64,000 nucleotides of DNA. Source: an uncultured Clostridium sp. Its GTDB lineage: Bacteria; Bacillota; Clostridia; TANB77; CAG-508. The notes under the pieces are model-generated. The model had not been told where the DNA came from. It saw only the letters and a list, made by a program, of their open reading frames with translations, and ran no database searches. This document shows, piece after piece, positions 11,028-20,965 of this stretch. The first letter of the stretch is position 1; each line of letters begins with the position of its first letter. The stretch spans positions 7,658-71,657 of the forward strand of contig CANOVB010000009.1 in NCBI GenBank assembly GCA_947570695.1. Direction: 5' to 3'. The translations under genes and the position numbers were made by a program.

Positions 11028-12464
11028 TTAATATTGGCGTCCCCAAACTACCATTTTACTTGCCTTTTTCCCACAAACTGGGCATACATCTGATAAATGC
11101 TCTTGCTCAAATGGCATACATCTTGAATGTGCTCCTGTAACCTCTTTTATTTTATCTTCACAAGCTACATCTCCACACCACATTGTTTTTATAAATCCTT
11201 GATTTTTTTCCATTTGTTTAATCATTTCATCTAATGTATAAGCAACTGTTGTTTTTTCTTTTCTTCTTTCTAAGCAGGTGTTAAACATATTATTTTGTAT
11301 TTCTTCTAATAAACTTTCCAATCTTTCATTTAACTTTGGAAGTTCTACTATTTCTTTTTCTCCATTATCACGTCTTACTAAAACGGCTTGATTATTTTCT
11401 AAATCCCTTGGTCCTATCTCAATTCTAACTGGTACTCCTCTCATTTCCCAATCATTAAATTTGAAACCTGTTGAATAGTTGTCTCTATCATCTAATTTCA
11501 TTCTAAAATTTTTAGATAAATCCTTATAAATTTTTTCTACTTTTTCTAAAACGCCTTCTTTATGAGCAGCAATAGGAATTATAACTGCTTGAATTGGAGC
11601 AACCTTTGGTGGTAATTTAAGTCCTCTGTTATCTCCATGAGCCATAATTAAAGCACCAATTAATCTTGTGCTAATTCCCCAAGATGTTTGATATGCATAT
11701 TCTTCTTTTCCTTCTCTGTTTTGGAATTTTACTTCAAAAGGTTTTGTAAAGTTTTGTCCAAAATAATGTGAGGTTCCAGATTGAAGTGCTCTTCCATCAT
11801 GCATCATACATTCTATTGTATAAGTAGCTTCAGCTCCTGCAAATTGTTCTTTTGGTGTCTTTCTTCCCTTTAATACTGGTATCGCCAAAAGATTTTCAGC
11901 AACATCAGCATATATATTAAGCATTTTTAAAGTTAATTCTTCTGCTTCTTTTGCTGTTTCATGAACTGTATGTCCCTCTTGCCATAAAAACTCTCTTGAA
12001 CGTAAAAATGGTCTTGTTTCTTTTTCCCATCTTAAAACATTGCACCATTGATTTCCAAGTATAGGTAAATCTCTCCAAGAACTTACCCATTTAGAATACA
12101 TTGTAGACATCATAGTTTCTGATGTTGGTCTTATGCAAAGTCTTTCTTCAAGTTCTTCTCCTCCACCTATAGTAACCCATGCTACTTCTGGTGCAAATCC
12201 CTCAACATGATCTTTTTCTTTTTGCAACATACTTTCTGGAATAAGAACTGGCATATAAAGATTTGTTATACCTACTTCTTTAAATTTTTTATCTGCATAA
12301 TTCTGAATGTTTTCCCAAATTGCATAGCCATAAGGTCTTATAGCAATACAACCTTTTGTATCTGTATAATCTGCAAGTTCTGCTTTTCTTACAACATCTG
12401 TATACCATTTAGCAAAATCATCTTCTATATTTGTTATCTCTTTTACAAATTCTTCTTTTCCCAT
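11028..12464 (-). CDS. proS: Prolyl-tRNA synthetase, short archaeal/eukaryote-like type
   Basis: 478-aa class II aaRS with [21 protein letters not shown] and [15 protein letters not shown]-terminal Cys cluster (CGDVACEDK...CPVCGKKA) and terminal ...WGRQY. Confidence 0.9.
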   Translation of the reverse strand: MGKEEFVKEITNIEDDFAKWYTDVVRKAELADYTDTKGCIAIRPYGYAIWENIQNYADKKFKEVGITNLYMPVLIPESMLQKEKDHVEGFAPEVAWVTIGGGEELEERLCIRPTSETMMSTMYSKWVSSWRDLPILGNQWCNVLRWEKETRPFLRSREFLWQEGHTVHETAKEAEELTLKMLNIYADVAENLLAIPVLKGRKTPKEQFAGAEATYTIECMMHDGRALQSGTSHYFGQNFTKPFEVKFQNREGKEEYAYQTSWGISTRLIGALIMAHGDNRGLKLPPKVAPIQAVIIPIAAHKEGVLEKVEKIYKDLSKNFRMKLDDRDNYSTGFKFNDWEMRGVPVRIEIGPRDLENNQAVLVRRDNGEKEIVELPKLNERLESLLEEIQNNMFNTCLERRKEKTTVAYTLDEMIKQMEKNQGFIKTMWCGDVACEDKIKEVTGAHSRCMPFEQEHLSDVCPVCGKKASKMVVWGRQY

Positions 12465-12565
12465 AATTTAACCTCCAAATTTAAAATATAATATATAGTT
12501 ATTAACAAATCCGTTTATTACTTCTTAAAATGAATTTTTATCTAGATTATATTATATTTTTAATA

Positions 12566-13177
12566 TTAACTGTTTTCTTCATTTTCTTTAATATCTTCAT
12601 TTTCCCTTTCGGGCATTGGAGCCTCTATTATATCATCAATTACTATTTGCTCATTTTCATCTAATTTATATCTAGGAAGATCTGGCAATTCCTCTAAACT
12701 TGAAATTCCAAACATTTTCATAAATTTATTTGTAACTTTGTACATAGTTGGTCTTCCTGGAGCATCAAGTTTTCCACTATCTTCTATTAAATCAAATTCT
12801 AATAATTTATATACTGTTCCGTCTGCACTAACTCCACGTATTGCCTCAATTTCTGATCTAGTTATATTAGGATTATATGCAATTATAGCCAAAGTTTCTA
12901 AAGCTGCATTAGAAATATTAGGTTTAGCTCTATTATCAAATAATGGATAAATATATTCATAATAATCTTTTCTTGTGCATAATTGATAATTGTCATTTAC
13001 TTTTATAATCTCAATTCCACTATTTTTAGCATCATATTCAGTTTTCATGTTTAAAATAATTTTATCAATATCTTCTGCACCTAATTCCAAAACATTCATG
13101 AACTCTTTTACATTTACTTCTCTTCCAGCTGCAAAAAGCATTGCTTCAATTATTGCTTGTTCTTTGCTAAATTCCAT
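12566..13177 (-). CDS. scpB: Segregation and condensation protein B
   Basis: 203 aa with a typical ScpB N-terminus (IIEAMLFAAGREV), ...ALETLAIIAYNPNITRSEIEAIRGV and an acidic tail. Confidence 0.85.
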   Translation of the reverse strand: MEFSKEQAIIEAMLFAAGREVNVKEFMNVLELGAEDIDKIILNMKTEYDAKNSGIEIIKVNDNYQLCTRKDYYEYIYPLFDNRAKPNISNAALETLAIIAYNPNITRSEIEAIRGVSADGTVYKLLEFDLIEDSGKLDAPGRPTMYKVTNKFMKMFGISSLEELPDLPRYKLDENEQIVIDDIIEAPMPERENEDIKENEENS

Positions 13178-13423
13178 TTTTTACTCCTTATTTTTTTGCA
13201 ATATAACTATTTTTTATTCTTATATTATTACATGAAATTAACTTATTGTCAATATTTTCAAGGGTTTTGTATATGTCGCAAACCACTTTTATTATAAATT
13301 ATATTTATTAAATTAATTATTTAAAATTATTTTTAAATTTAAAAGTATTTTATTAAGATGAATTTATTTAGATTGACATAATATATATTGCTATGATATA
13401 ATAAAATAGAATTTATTTATGAG

Positions 13424-13648
13424 GTGAAAAAAATGTCAAAAAAAGATAAGAGCTCTTCTAATAATACAGAGGAAATCGAAGTTATAATCGGTGATGACTC
13501 TATGCTTAATATTTCTGAAGTTGGAGATTGTATGAATGATTTAAGACCAAAGGATTCTGTTAAAAATAGAAAAAACTTTATTATTCCTCTAGCCAAAAAG
13601 AAAAAAGAAGATAAAAAAGAAAATAATGACGAAAACAAAAAAAATTAG
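13424..13648 (+). CDS. Small Lys-rich hypothetical protein (74 aa)
   Basis: SD GAGGTG upstream of the ATG and a plus-strand terminator just downstream. Preferred over the mirror ORF 13417-13638. Confidence 0.4.
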   Translation: MKKMSKKDKSSSNNTEEIEVIIGDDSMLNISEVGDCMNDLRPKDSVKNRKNFIIPLAKKKKEDKKENNDENKKN

Positions 13649-13660
13649 CAAATATATTAA

Positions 13661-13690
13661 AAAGCTCTATTTAGAGCTTTTATTTTTTTA
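13661..13690 (+). terminator. Rho-independent terminator
   Basis: AAAGCTCT-ATTT-AGAGCTTT followed by TATTTTTTT. Confidence 0.7.
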
Positions 13691-13810
13691 TATATCTTCG
13701 CTTTTATTACAAAAATTACGTTATTATCAATGTTTTCTGCTACTGTATTTAAATATCTTTGTATTTTAATTTATTTCTTCTAAAATTCCCTTAAAACCTT
13801 GAATTTTTAC

Positions 13811-13839
13811 TTGACAAATGCTAATAATACTATTATAAT
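13811..13839 (+). promoter_or_regulatory. Consensus sigma-A promoter of the tRNA gene
   Basis: TTGACA (13811-13816), a 17-nt spacer, then TATAAT (13834-13839). It lies about 20 nt upstream of the tRNA 5' end. Confidence 0.8.
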
Positions 13840-13859
13840 GTTATTTGCTAATAAGAAAT

Positions 13860-13936
13860 GGCGACGTAGCTCAGTTGGCTAGAGCATCCGGTTCATACCC
13901 GGCAGGTCGTAGGTTCAAGTCCCACCGTCGCTACCA
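13860..13936 (+). tRNA. tRNA with anticodon CAT (elongator Met most likely; lysidine-Ile2 not excluded)
   Basis: Cloverleaf folded by hand: acceptor GGCGACG/CGTCGCT, D arm GCTC-AGTTGGCTA-GAGC, anticodon arm TCCGG-TTCATAC-CCGGC, variable loop AGGTC, T arm GTAGG-TTCAAGT-CCCAC, encoded CCA. G1 and the absence of a GGG/CCC anticodon stem argue against an initiator. Confidence 0.85.
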
Positions 13937-13945
13937 AAAGCCTTG

Positions 13946-13988
13946 ATACAGTAAGATTTTATAAAATAAAATTTTACTGTATTTTTTA
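13946..13988 (+). terminator. Terminator after the tRNA
   Basis: Long hairpin ATACAGTAAGATTTTA...TAAAATTTTACTGTAT followed by TTTTTT. Confidence 0.7.
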
Positions 13989-14080
13989 ATTTCCCGACTT
14001 TTTCCTGACTTAGTTCTTTAATAAACTTTCCTCATATTAGTCTAATTGTGTATAAGTAAGATTTATTTTATATTCATCTT

Positions 14081-14794
14081 CTATATATCTATTTCTTTAA
14101 CATCCATTTCTTCATACATTAAATTATATTTAAGAGAATTTGTATCATCATTTTCATAGCATTTTTTTATTTTTTCTATTGAATTAGGCTTTAATTTTAT
14201 AAGTGAAATTGTAGTATATTCACTTATGTGCGATTTTAATTTACTTGGTATATTATATTGATAATCATATATTTCTTGTTCTGTCCAATTATCTACTCCT
14301 TCTACATATATTAATATTGTAGCAGGAAAAAGTGGATAATCTACATCAAATAATGTCGCTGTTCTAGATTCACCATTAGAAAAGCTCATTGCTCTATTAT
14401 ATTTTGTAAAAACATACATATTATTTCCGATTTTATAATCTTGTTCTATTCTTCTTGAAGTATTATAACAAATAGTTGATTCCAAATAATAATCGGATAT
14501 AAGTTCAGTAAGATTGTATTGAAAGTATACTTCAAATTTTGTATCTTCACATCCTTTTCGGTGCACATTTAAAGTTCCTTTTCCAGTTCTTTTAAATGAA
14601 AAAATTACTGAATTTTCATATTCATGTCCATTATATTTATCTAAAAAAAATTCTTCTCCATATCTTTCATTTAACAAAATGATAATATTATTAATAATAT
14701 TACTATTTGAATTTTTAACTAAAACTATTATTATAAAAATTATGACTGTTGCTATTAAAAAAAAGAACAAGCCTTTTTTATTAATTTCTTTCAA
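14081..14794 (-). CDS. Hypothetical membrane-anchored protein
   Basis: 237 aa with an N-terminal TM helix (LFFFLIATVIIFIIIVLV). No recognisable motif. Confidence 0.5.
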   Translation of the reverse strand: MKEINKKGLFFFLIATVIIFIIIVLVKNSNSNIINNIIILLNERYGEEFFLDKYNGHEYENSVIFSFKRTGKGTLNVHRKGCEDTKFEVYFQYNLTELISDYYLESTICYNTSRRIEQDYKIGNNMYVFTKYNRAMSFSNGESRTATLFDVDYPLFPATILIYVEGVDNWTEQEIYDYQYNIPSKLKSHISEYTTISLIKLKPNSIEKIKKCYENDDTNSLKYNLMYEEMDVKEIDI

Positions 14795-15131
14795 CTTCTA
14801 TTTCTCCTTCTTAGCTTAATTATTTTTTATTTACAAATACATTTTAAATTAATTTATAATTTCAATAGCATTAATAAAAGTAATTTTCTAGTTTTCTAAA
14901 GCTTTTTTAGTCCATTTTATTTTATAGTATTAAAACTATATTGAAGTACTAATATTATTTCTATCATTGCGAAAAATTTAACTATAAAATTAATTTCTTG
15001 TACCTAGTATTTTACAATTTTATTTTTATCATATAAATTTGATATTTTATGTGAACTATGATATAATAGAAAGGTATTTCCAATATTTACCAATAACATT
15101 CAATAAATAATATAATATTAGGAGTTTTGAA

Positions 15132-17945
15132 ATGAACACTCTCAAAAAATCTTCTGAACAAGTATATATAATTGATTTATCCAGATTACTTTTAATGATG
15201 CCATTACACTGTAAATCAAATACATATTCAAAACAAAGAAGAACTATAATTTCACAAGAAAATTTACATATTGATGAACAAATATCTTATGAAAGATTTA
15301 CAGAATTATATAAAAAATATGGTAACGGTTTACCAGAAAACATTTTTGCTCAATCTTTATTAGATATGCCTTATTCAACTTTTAATGCTATAAAACGTGG
15401 AGCTCAAAAAGTTGCAACAATACTATCTAAGGAATACGTTTCTCCTAAAGAATTTGAAAAAATAAAGCAAAATATCATAGAAGCATATAATTTTACGTCA
15501 AAATCAAAAGCAGATTATACTACAATAATGGAAATGTATGAAAAATTTGGTGGAAAACTATCTGTTAGACTATTTGTCGAAAATGTTCTAGGGGTTACCT
15601 CATCTAATTTAAGAAGTTTAAAATCTTCTGGTGCACAAACTATAATTTTTAAAGAGAAAGAATTAAGTAGTCAAGAAGCTGAAAAAATTAGATTAGATGC
15701 ATTGCAAAAATCACATTTGCACATCGGAGATACTATCACATTGGAACAATTTCAAAACTTACATGAACAATTTGGAAAACAAATGACTGAAAAATCATTT
15801 GCTATGGACATTTTAGGTATTGCTCCTAATCAATACAATGATTTAGAAAGAGGTAAACATCAAACAGTTACTTTACTTTCTACTTATAAAGTTAATCCCA
15901 AACTTCTTGATAATCTACGTCAAAAAGTAATATTAAATGAAAATTTACATGTTAATGAAACTATATCTTATTCAAGATTTCAAGAATTATATCAAAAACA
16001 TGGTAGTATACTCCCAGAATATTTATTTGCTGAAGAAATATTAGATTTATCTCAAAACAATATAAAAGGAATGAGATTAAAAAATAGTGTTTCTCCTATA
16101 CTAACAAGTATTAAAATTTCTGAAGAATTTGTAAACATTTGTAGAGATTACATTATAAAAAAATATAGATTAGAACAAAACCAATTAATAACTTTTGATG
16201 AATTTCAATCATTACATAAGAAATATGCCTATATTCTATCAGAAGAAGATTTTGCGACTCTTGTACTAGATATTCCTAAAGATCATTACTATAGTCTACG
16301 AAGTGGTGAATATTCAAGTACTAGTATTTTAAAAAAATTTCAAACTACAAACTTTGAAAAACTTAAAAGGCAAGTAATTAATGAAAATAACTTACATTAT
16401 GGGGATCCAATAAATTATATCGAATTTCAAAAATTGCATAAAAGATATGCCCCTAATACTAGAGAAAGCGTTTTTGCTGAAAATATTTTAGATATCAAAA
16501 GAAGCAATCTTGAAGATATTAAACGAAACGGTTTTACTACTAAAATATTATTAGATGAGGCTTTACCCTCAAAAGAAAAATGTGAAAGATTAAAAAGAAA
16601 CATTGCAATAAATAGTAATTTTCATATTTCAGATCAAATAGATTATGCTACTTTTAAATCATTACATAAACGATACGGTGGCATTCTTTCTGAACATTTT
16701 TTTGCTTGTGAAGTTTTAGATTTAGATGTTCAAACTTTATATTTTATTAGAAAACATCCAGACAAGCTTGCTCATATATTTACAAAAACAAATCCTACTT
16801 CAGAAGAAATTGCAAAACTAAAATCTGAAGTAAAAGCTAAGCATAATTTAGACTCTAATGAACAAATAACATTTGAAAAATTAAAATTACTATATAATTC
16901 TCATAAAACTATTTTATCAATGCCCTTATTTGCAAATTTAATTTTGGGAATTTCTAGAAGTTCTTTTAATAAATTAAAATCTGGCACTATAAATAGTATT
17001 CCGATTTGCTTTAAACTTGGTTTTACTTCCCAGGAAATAGCCAGTCTTGCAGAATACTTAGCTCAAGATTTACCTATAAGAGTAATTGCAAAAAGAATGA
17101 AATTAACAGTTTCATTCCTTGAAAATAGCATAAACTATCTTTTAGAAAATTGTATATTATTAAATTCACAAATTTTATATAAAAAAATAGAATTTTTGAA
17201 AAGTACTCGTAGTAATGGAACTAATATTAATGAACTTTCTGATGAGCAATTTAATAAACAATTAAATGCTCTTGAAGCTCAGGCTATACAATATGAAAAA
17301 TTAGAAGCAGCAAAACTGCTTAGCATCAAAAATAAGTCTACTATTTCTAGTAAATTACCAAAATCAGCTACACAAAAAAGTGCATCAAATAAATTTACTT
17401 CTTCAGTTAGTTCAAAACCGAAAAGTGCTTCTGAAAAAATTTTACTTTCTATGCCAAGCTTAAATAGAAGAGTAGCTAAAATATTTGAATATGATATATT
17501 TACAGAAAAACATAGACTATTTTTAAAAAAATACATATCTAGCTGTGAAACATTATTTAGAAATGGAGCTTTTCCGGAATCTTCTCTAAAATTTCTAAAT
17601 CAAGCTATGGAATTAATAGAATGTAGTTTTAGTGATATAAAACTTTTTTCTGAAATTTGTATATCTTTTTCTAAATATACTTTAGCAAATGGTTTTATTT
17701 CTACCAATATTTCAAGTGATAAAATATCATCTGAAGAAGCTGAAAAACTAATAGAACTACAGGTTAATATAAGATATGCAATAAGAAAAGAAAATGCTGT
17801 AAGATTAATAAAAACTGGGCAAGAAAGTTCTAAATATATTGCTGAAGCTACTGGTATTTTAGAAATAGATGCTATAAAATTATTACGAAATTTAAGTAAT
17901 GAAAAATCTTCTTTGCAACCTAGTATTAGTGAGGAAGTTAAATAA
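15132..17945 (+). CDS. Large cytoplasmic protein built of about eight tandem HTH-like repeats
   Basis: 937 aa with no signal peptide. It has a ~75-aa periodicity, a Ser/Lys-rich linker and a C-terminal helical domain. Confidence 0.7.
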   Translation: MNTLKKSSEQVYIIDLSRLLLMMPLHCKSNTYSKQRRTIISQENLHIDEQISYERFTELYKKYGNGLPENIFAQSLLDMPYSTFNAIKRGAQKVATILSKEYVSPKEFEKIKQNIIEAYNFTSKSKADYTTIMEMYEKFGGKLSVRLFVENVLGVTSSNLRSLKSSGAQTIIFKEKELSSQEAEKIRLDALQKSHLHIGDTITLEQFQNLHEQFGKQMTEKSFAMDILGIAPNQYNDLERGKHQTVTLLSTYKVNPKLLDNLRQKVILNENLHVNETISYSRFQELYQKHGSILPEYLFAEEILDLSQNNIKGMRLKNSVSPILTSIKISEEFVNICRDYIIKKYRLEQNQLITFDEFQSLHKKYAYILSEEDFATLVLDIPKDHYYSLRSGEYSSTSILKKFQTTNFEKLKRQVINENNLHYGDPINYIEFQKLHKRYAPNTRESVFAENILDIKRSNLEDIKRNGFTTKILLDEALPSKEKCERLKRNIAINSNFHISDQIDYATFKSLHKRYGGILSEHFFACEVLDLDVQTLYFIRKHPDKLAHIFTKTNPTSEEIAKLKSEVKAKHNLDSNEQITFEKLKLLYNSHKTILSMPLFANLILGISRSSFNKLKSGTINSIPICFKLGFTSQEIASLAEYLAQDLPIRVIAKRMKLTVSFLENSINYLLENCILLNSQILYKKIEFLKSTRSNGTNINELSDEQFNKQLNALEAQAIQYEKLEAAKLLSIKNKSTISSKLPKSATQKSASNKFTSSVSSKPKSASEKILLSMPSLNRRVAKIFEYDIFTEKHRLFLKKYISSCETLFRNGAFPESSLKFLNQAMELIECSFSDIKLFSEICISFSKYTLANGFISTNISSDKISSEEAEKLIELQVNIRYAIRKENAVRLIKTGQESSKYIAEATGILEIDAIKLLRNLSNEKSSLQPSISEEVK
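15250..16990 (+). repeat. Eight divergent ~225-nt (75-aa) tandem coding repeats inside the 937-aa gene
   Basis: Recurring pattern NLH(I/V)x(D/E)xI(S/T)(Y/F)xxFxxL(Y/H)xx(Y/H)G...(F/L)Axx(I/V)L(D/G)(I/L)....(L/I)(K/R)xG. It starts near aa 40, 113, 190, 266, 342, 416, 492 and 566. The repeats are visible at protein level and are diverged at nucleotide level. Confidence 0.75.
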
Positions 17946-18044
17946 ATATGTACTCATTTAATTATTTTAAAAAGATAGAAATATTTAGAGTTATACAATA
18001 AGAAATTATACAGTAGTACAACTCTAAACATCTCTATTTTAATT

Positions 18045-18782
18045 TTATAAATTAGTAAATCTTTCTAAAAACTTTTTAGTTTCTTCCTTTTTAGGGTTAT
18101 TAAATATCTCTTCTGATGTTCCTTCTTCACAAATAACACCATCTTTCATATATATAACATGATTTGAAACATCTCTTGCAAAAGCCATTTCATGTGTAAC
18201 AATTATCATTGTAAAACCTTCTTTTGCTAAATCTTTAATTACATTTAAAACCTCTCCTACCATTTGAGGATCTAATGCAGAGGTTGGTTCATCAAATAGT
18301 AATACATCTGGCTTCATTGCTAATGCTCTCGCTATTGCAACACGTTGTTTTTGACCTCCTGATAGTTGTCGTGGTTTAGCATTAATATATGGTAACATTC
18401 CTACTTTTTCTAAATAATATAAACTTTCTTTTTCTGCTTGATCTCTATCTTCTTTTAATACTTTTTTTAAACCAATCATACAATTTTGTAATACATTCAT
18501 ATTATCAAATAAATTGAAATTCTGAAATACCATTCCAACTTTTGACCTATATTTTGGTATATCTTTCGAATCTAATACATTTTGGTTTTTATACAATATT
18601 TCTCCACTAGTCGGCTCTTCTAATAAATTTACACATCTTAAAAGTGTTGACTTTCCTGACCCAGAAGACCCTATTATACAAGTTACATCTCCTTTTTTTA
18701 CTGAAAAATTAATATCTTTTAAAACTTCATTTTCTCCAAATTGCTTCCTCAAATGATTTATTTCAATTATTTTTTCACCCAT
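18045..18782 (-). CDS. Polar amino-acid ABC transporter, ATP-binding protein (GlnQ/HisP type)
   Basis: Walker [10 protein letters not shown], signature [15 protein letters not shown], Walker [12 protein letters not shown]. Confidence 0.95.
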   Translation of the reverse strand: MGEKIIEINHLRKQFGENEVLKDINFSVKKGDVTCIIGSSGSGKSTLLRCVNLLEEPTSGEILYKNQNVLDSKDIPKYRSKVGMVFQNFNLFDNMNVLQNCMIGLKKVLKEDRDQAEKESLYYLEKVGMLPYINAKPRQLSGGQKQRVAIARALAMKPDVLLFDEPTSALDPQMVGEVLNVIKDLAKEGFTMIIVTHEMAFARDVSNHVIYMKDGVICEEGTSEEIFNNPKKEETKKFLERFTNL

Positions 18783-19576
18783 TTGATTTCCTCCTTTTCA
18801 GGATATTTTAACATTCCGCTTGTATATGCCAAAGTATCTGTTGTTGAAAGTGAATAATCTTCTGGTCCATTTAATTTTCTTTCAAAAATTCTAAGCAATT
18901 TTGAGAAAAATACTGTCATAGTTAGATACATTATCATTGTAATTGTATATGCTTCAAATACTGTGTAATACGCTCCTGATACAGTTTTTGTAACAAAGAA
19001 TAACTCAACAACTCCTATTGATGAAAGTACACAAGTATCTTTTATATTAATAATTAAATTATTACCAATCTGTGGCATTATATTTCTTAGCGCTTGTGGT
19101 ATTATAACGTATAACATTGTTTGAAAATGTGTCATTCCAATAGCTTGAGCCCCTTCTGTTTGGCCTTCTGAAATTGATAATATTCCACCTCTTACAGTTT
19201 CAGCCATATATGCTCCTGTATTTATTGATACTATGAAATATGCAGCAGTCCACATATCTAAATGTAAATTAAATAATATTGCAGAGCCATAAAATATGAA
19301 CATTGCTTGTACCATCATTGGTGTACCACGAAAAACTTCTACATAAATATTTAAAATTATTTTTATAAGTTTTAACAATATCTTTTTAAAAATATTATCT
19401 TTTTTATTTATAGGTATAGTTTGAACAATCCCAACAATAAATCCAATTAAACATCCTATAATAGTTCCTACTGTAGCAATTATTAAAGTTGTTTTAGCTC
19501 CATTTAACATTGTAGGTCCATATTTATTTAATATAAAAATAATTCTTCCTAAAAAATCCTCTGGTAGTGTGTTCAT
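18767..19576 (-). CDS. Polar amino-acid ABC transporter permease
   Basis: 269-aa polytopic protein. EAA-type loop [25 protein letters not shown]. Overlaps the ATPase gene by 16 nt. Confidence 0.9.
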   Translation of the reverse strand: MNTLPEDFLGRIIFILNKYGPTMLNGAKTTLIIATVGTIIGCLIGFIVGIVQTIPINKKDNIFKKILLKLIKIILNIYVEVFRGTPMMVQAMFIFYGSAILFNLHLDMWTAAYFIVSINTGAYMAETVRGGILSISEGQTEGAQAIGMTHFQTMLYVIIPQALRNIMPQIGNNLIINIKDTCVLSSIGVVELFFVTKTVSGAYYTVFEAYTITMIMYLTMTVFFSKLLRIFERKLNGPEDYSLSTTDTLAYTSGMLKYPEKEEIKWVKK

Positions 19577-19600
19577 TAAAATTCCTCCTTTATCTTTCTA

Positions 19601-20449
19601 CTATTCTGATAATGGTTGAACTTTTATTGCTTCATTCATCATATTTTCAAAATCTGTAGCTGTATAATCTTTTAAAAAGTTATTTATTTTTTCTACTAAT
19701 TCAGTATTTCCTTTTCTTACAGAAATTCCTATATTGATTTCTTCTTCTGATACATTAAAATTGTCATCTGTATCTGTAAAATTTAAAAGTTTCATATTTG
19801 GATATACTGCTAGTGCTGCCATTGCTGTTGGCATATCTGTTACCACCAAATCTACTGTTCTTGAATTTAATGCAACAAGCATATTAGGAGCTGTATCCAT
19901 TGCTGGTAATATATTGGCATTATTTATTTGTGGCAGGCATGTATCATACCAACAGGTGTTAATTTGTGATGTACAAGTCGCTCCTTCTAAATCTGATATT
20001 CCTTTTGCTTCTGCATAGTTGCTATCTGAATTTGTTAGTGCTACTATTGATGCGTAATAATATGGTACTGAAAAATCTACAGTTTGTAATCTTTCTGAAG
20101 TAATAGATTGACCTGCTATAACACAATCTATTGTATTAGATTGAAGAGCTAAGGGTAAACTATCCCAATCAATTTGATAAATTTCTAAATCTAAATTAAG
20201 TGTTTCTGCTAATTTTTTAGCCATCATTACATCATACCCATATGCATAACTATTACTTCCTTTAATAGGAACTGCTCCATTAGATTCGTCTGTTTGTGAC
20301 CAATTATATGGGGCATAAGCACATTCCATTCCTACACGTAAAACTCCTCTTTCGTTATTTTCTTCTTCATTTGAATTGTTTAAAAAAGCTACTCCTATTA
20401 TTACAACTACTATTATTGCAATAATTCCAATAATTACTTTCTTATTCAT
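19601..20449 (-). CDS. Amino-acid ABC transporter substrate-binding protein (family 3), membrane-anchored
   Basis: 282 aa. N-terminal TM helix without a lipobox Cys, then a typical family-3 SBP core (LRVGMECAYAPYNW..., IDCVIAGQSITSERL). Confidence 0.85.
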   Translation of the reverse strand: MNKKVIIGIIAIIVVVIIGVAFLNNSNEEENNERGVLRVGMECAYAPYNWSQTDESNGAVPIKGSNSYAYGYDVMMAKKLAETLNLDLEIYQIDWDSLPLALQSNTIDCVIAGQSITSERLQTVDFSVPYYYASIVALTNSDSNYAEAKGISDLEGATCTSQINTCWYDTCLPQINNANILPAMDTAPNMLVALNSRTVDLVVTDMPTAMAALAVYPNMKLLNFTDTDDNFNVSEEEINIGISVRKGNTELVEKINNFLKDYTATDFENMMNEAIKVQPLSE

Positions 20450-20542
20450 ATAAATACCTCCTTTTTTTATACTTTGTCATTCTTTAAAGCGCTTAAATAA
20501 TAAAACAAAAAAGATATTTATTCTATATGTTTTTATATAATC

Positions 20543-20566
20543 AAAAAGACTATGTACGTCTTTTCT
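20543..20566 (-). terminator. Candidate riboswitch expression-platform terminator
   Basis: Minus strand AAAAGAC-GTACATA-GTCTTTTT. It lies about 80 nt 3' of the aptamer and about 95 nt 5' of the SBP start codon. Confidence 0.5.
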
Positions 20567-20639
20567 TATATAGAACATACATAGTCAAATATTCAATAAA
20601 ATTAATATAATAATAAAATTATTATTATATATTCATCGT

Positions 20640-20812
20640 ATATTAGATAGCGCTCCACATAAGTGACAGTCCATTACATATTTTGCAATGTCCCAGCAGT
20701 ATTTATTTAGGCTTTAAATACCACTTCGGCGATATTTCCTTTCAAATATTTATAAGAGCCTAATTCTAATATATATTCTACTCTTAAATATCGCGACCTC
20801 TATCATCATTTT
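20640..20812 (-). promoter_or_regulatory. Lysine riboswitch (L-box) aptamer
   Basis: The minus strand reads GATAGAGGTCGCG...AAGAGTAG...TTGAAAGGAAATATCGCCGAAGTGG...GCTGGGAC...GGACTGTCAC...GTGGAGCGCTATC. All the conserved L-box blocks are present in order (AGAGGnGC, GAGTA, GAAAGG, CGCCGAAG, CTGG, TGTCA, TGGAGnGCT). Confidence 0.85.
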
Positions 20813-20837
20813 CATGACAAAATATTAAATTATTAAT

Positions 20838-20866
20838 ATGGTAACATAATTTTTTAAAAATGTCAA
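20838..20866 (-). promoter_or_regulatory. Candidate promoter of the L-box leader
   Basis: Minus strand TTGACA, a 17-nt spacer, then TACCAT preceded by TGt (extended -10). Confidence 0.5.
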
Positions 20867-20965
20867 CCATTTTTTTACATGTATTCAATTTTTTATTAGA
20901 ATAAATTCTACAAATCTTTATATGCTTTATTTTATCCACTTTTTATATACTTTTTGTGGATTATT

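Noticed and set aside
12465-12565. Possible T-box leader upstream of proS
   Set aside because: Only about 100 nt separate proS from the scpB stop. That is too short for a T-box, and no T-box sequence or specifier fold is seen.
12566-13423. scpB without an adjacent scpA
   Set aside because: This is unusual, since scpA-scpB is the common operon. However, the upstream 240 nt is simply intergenic, scpA can be encoded elsewhere, and nothing in the sequence suggests a deletion scar.
12207-13638. Track ORFs 12207-12491, 12738-12950, 12990-13235 (+) and 13417-13638 (-)
   Set aside because: The first three are antisense to proS and scpB. The last mirrors the 74-aa plus-strand ORF, which has the SD and a downstream terminator.
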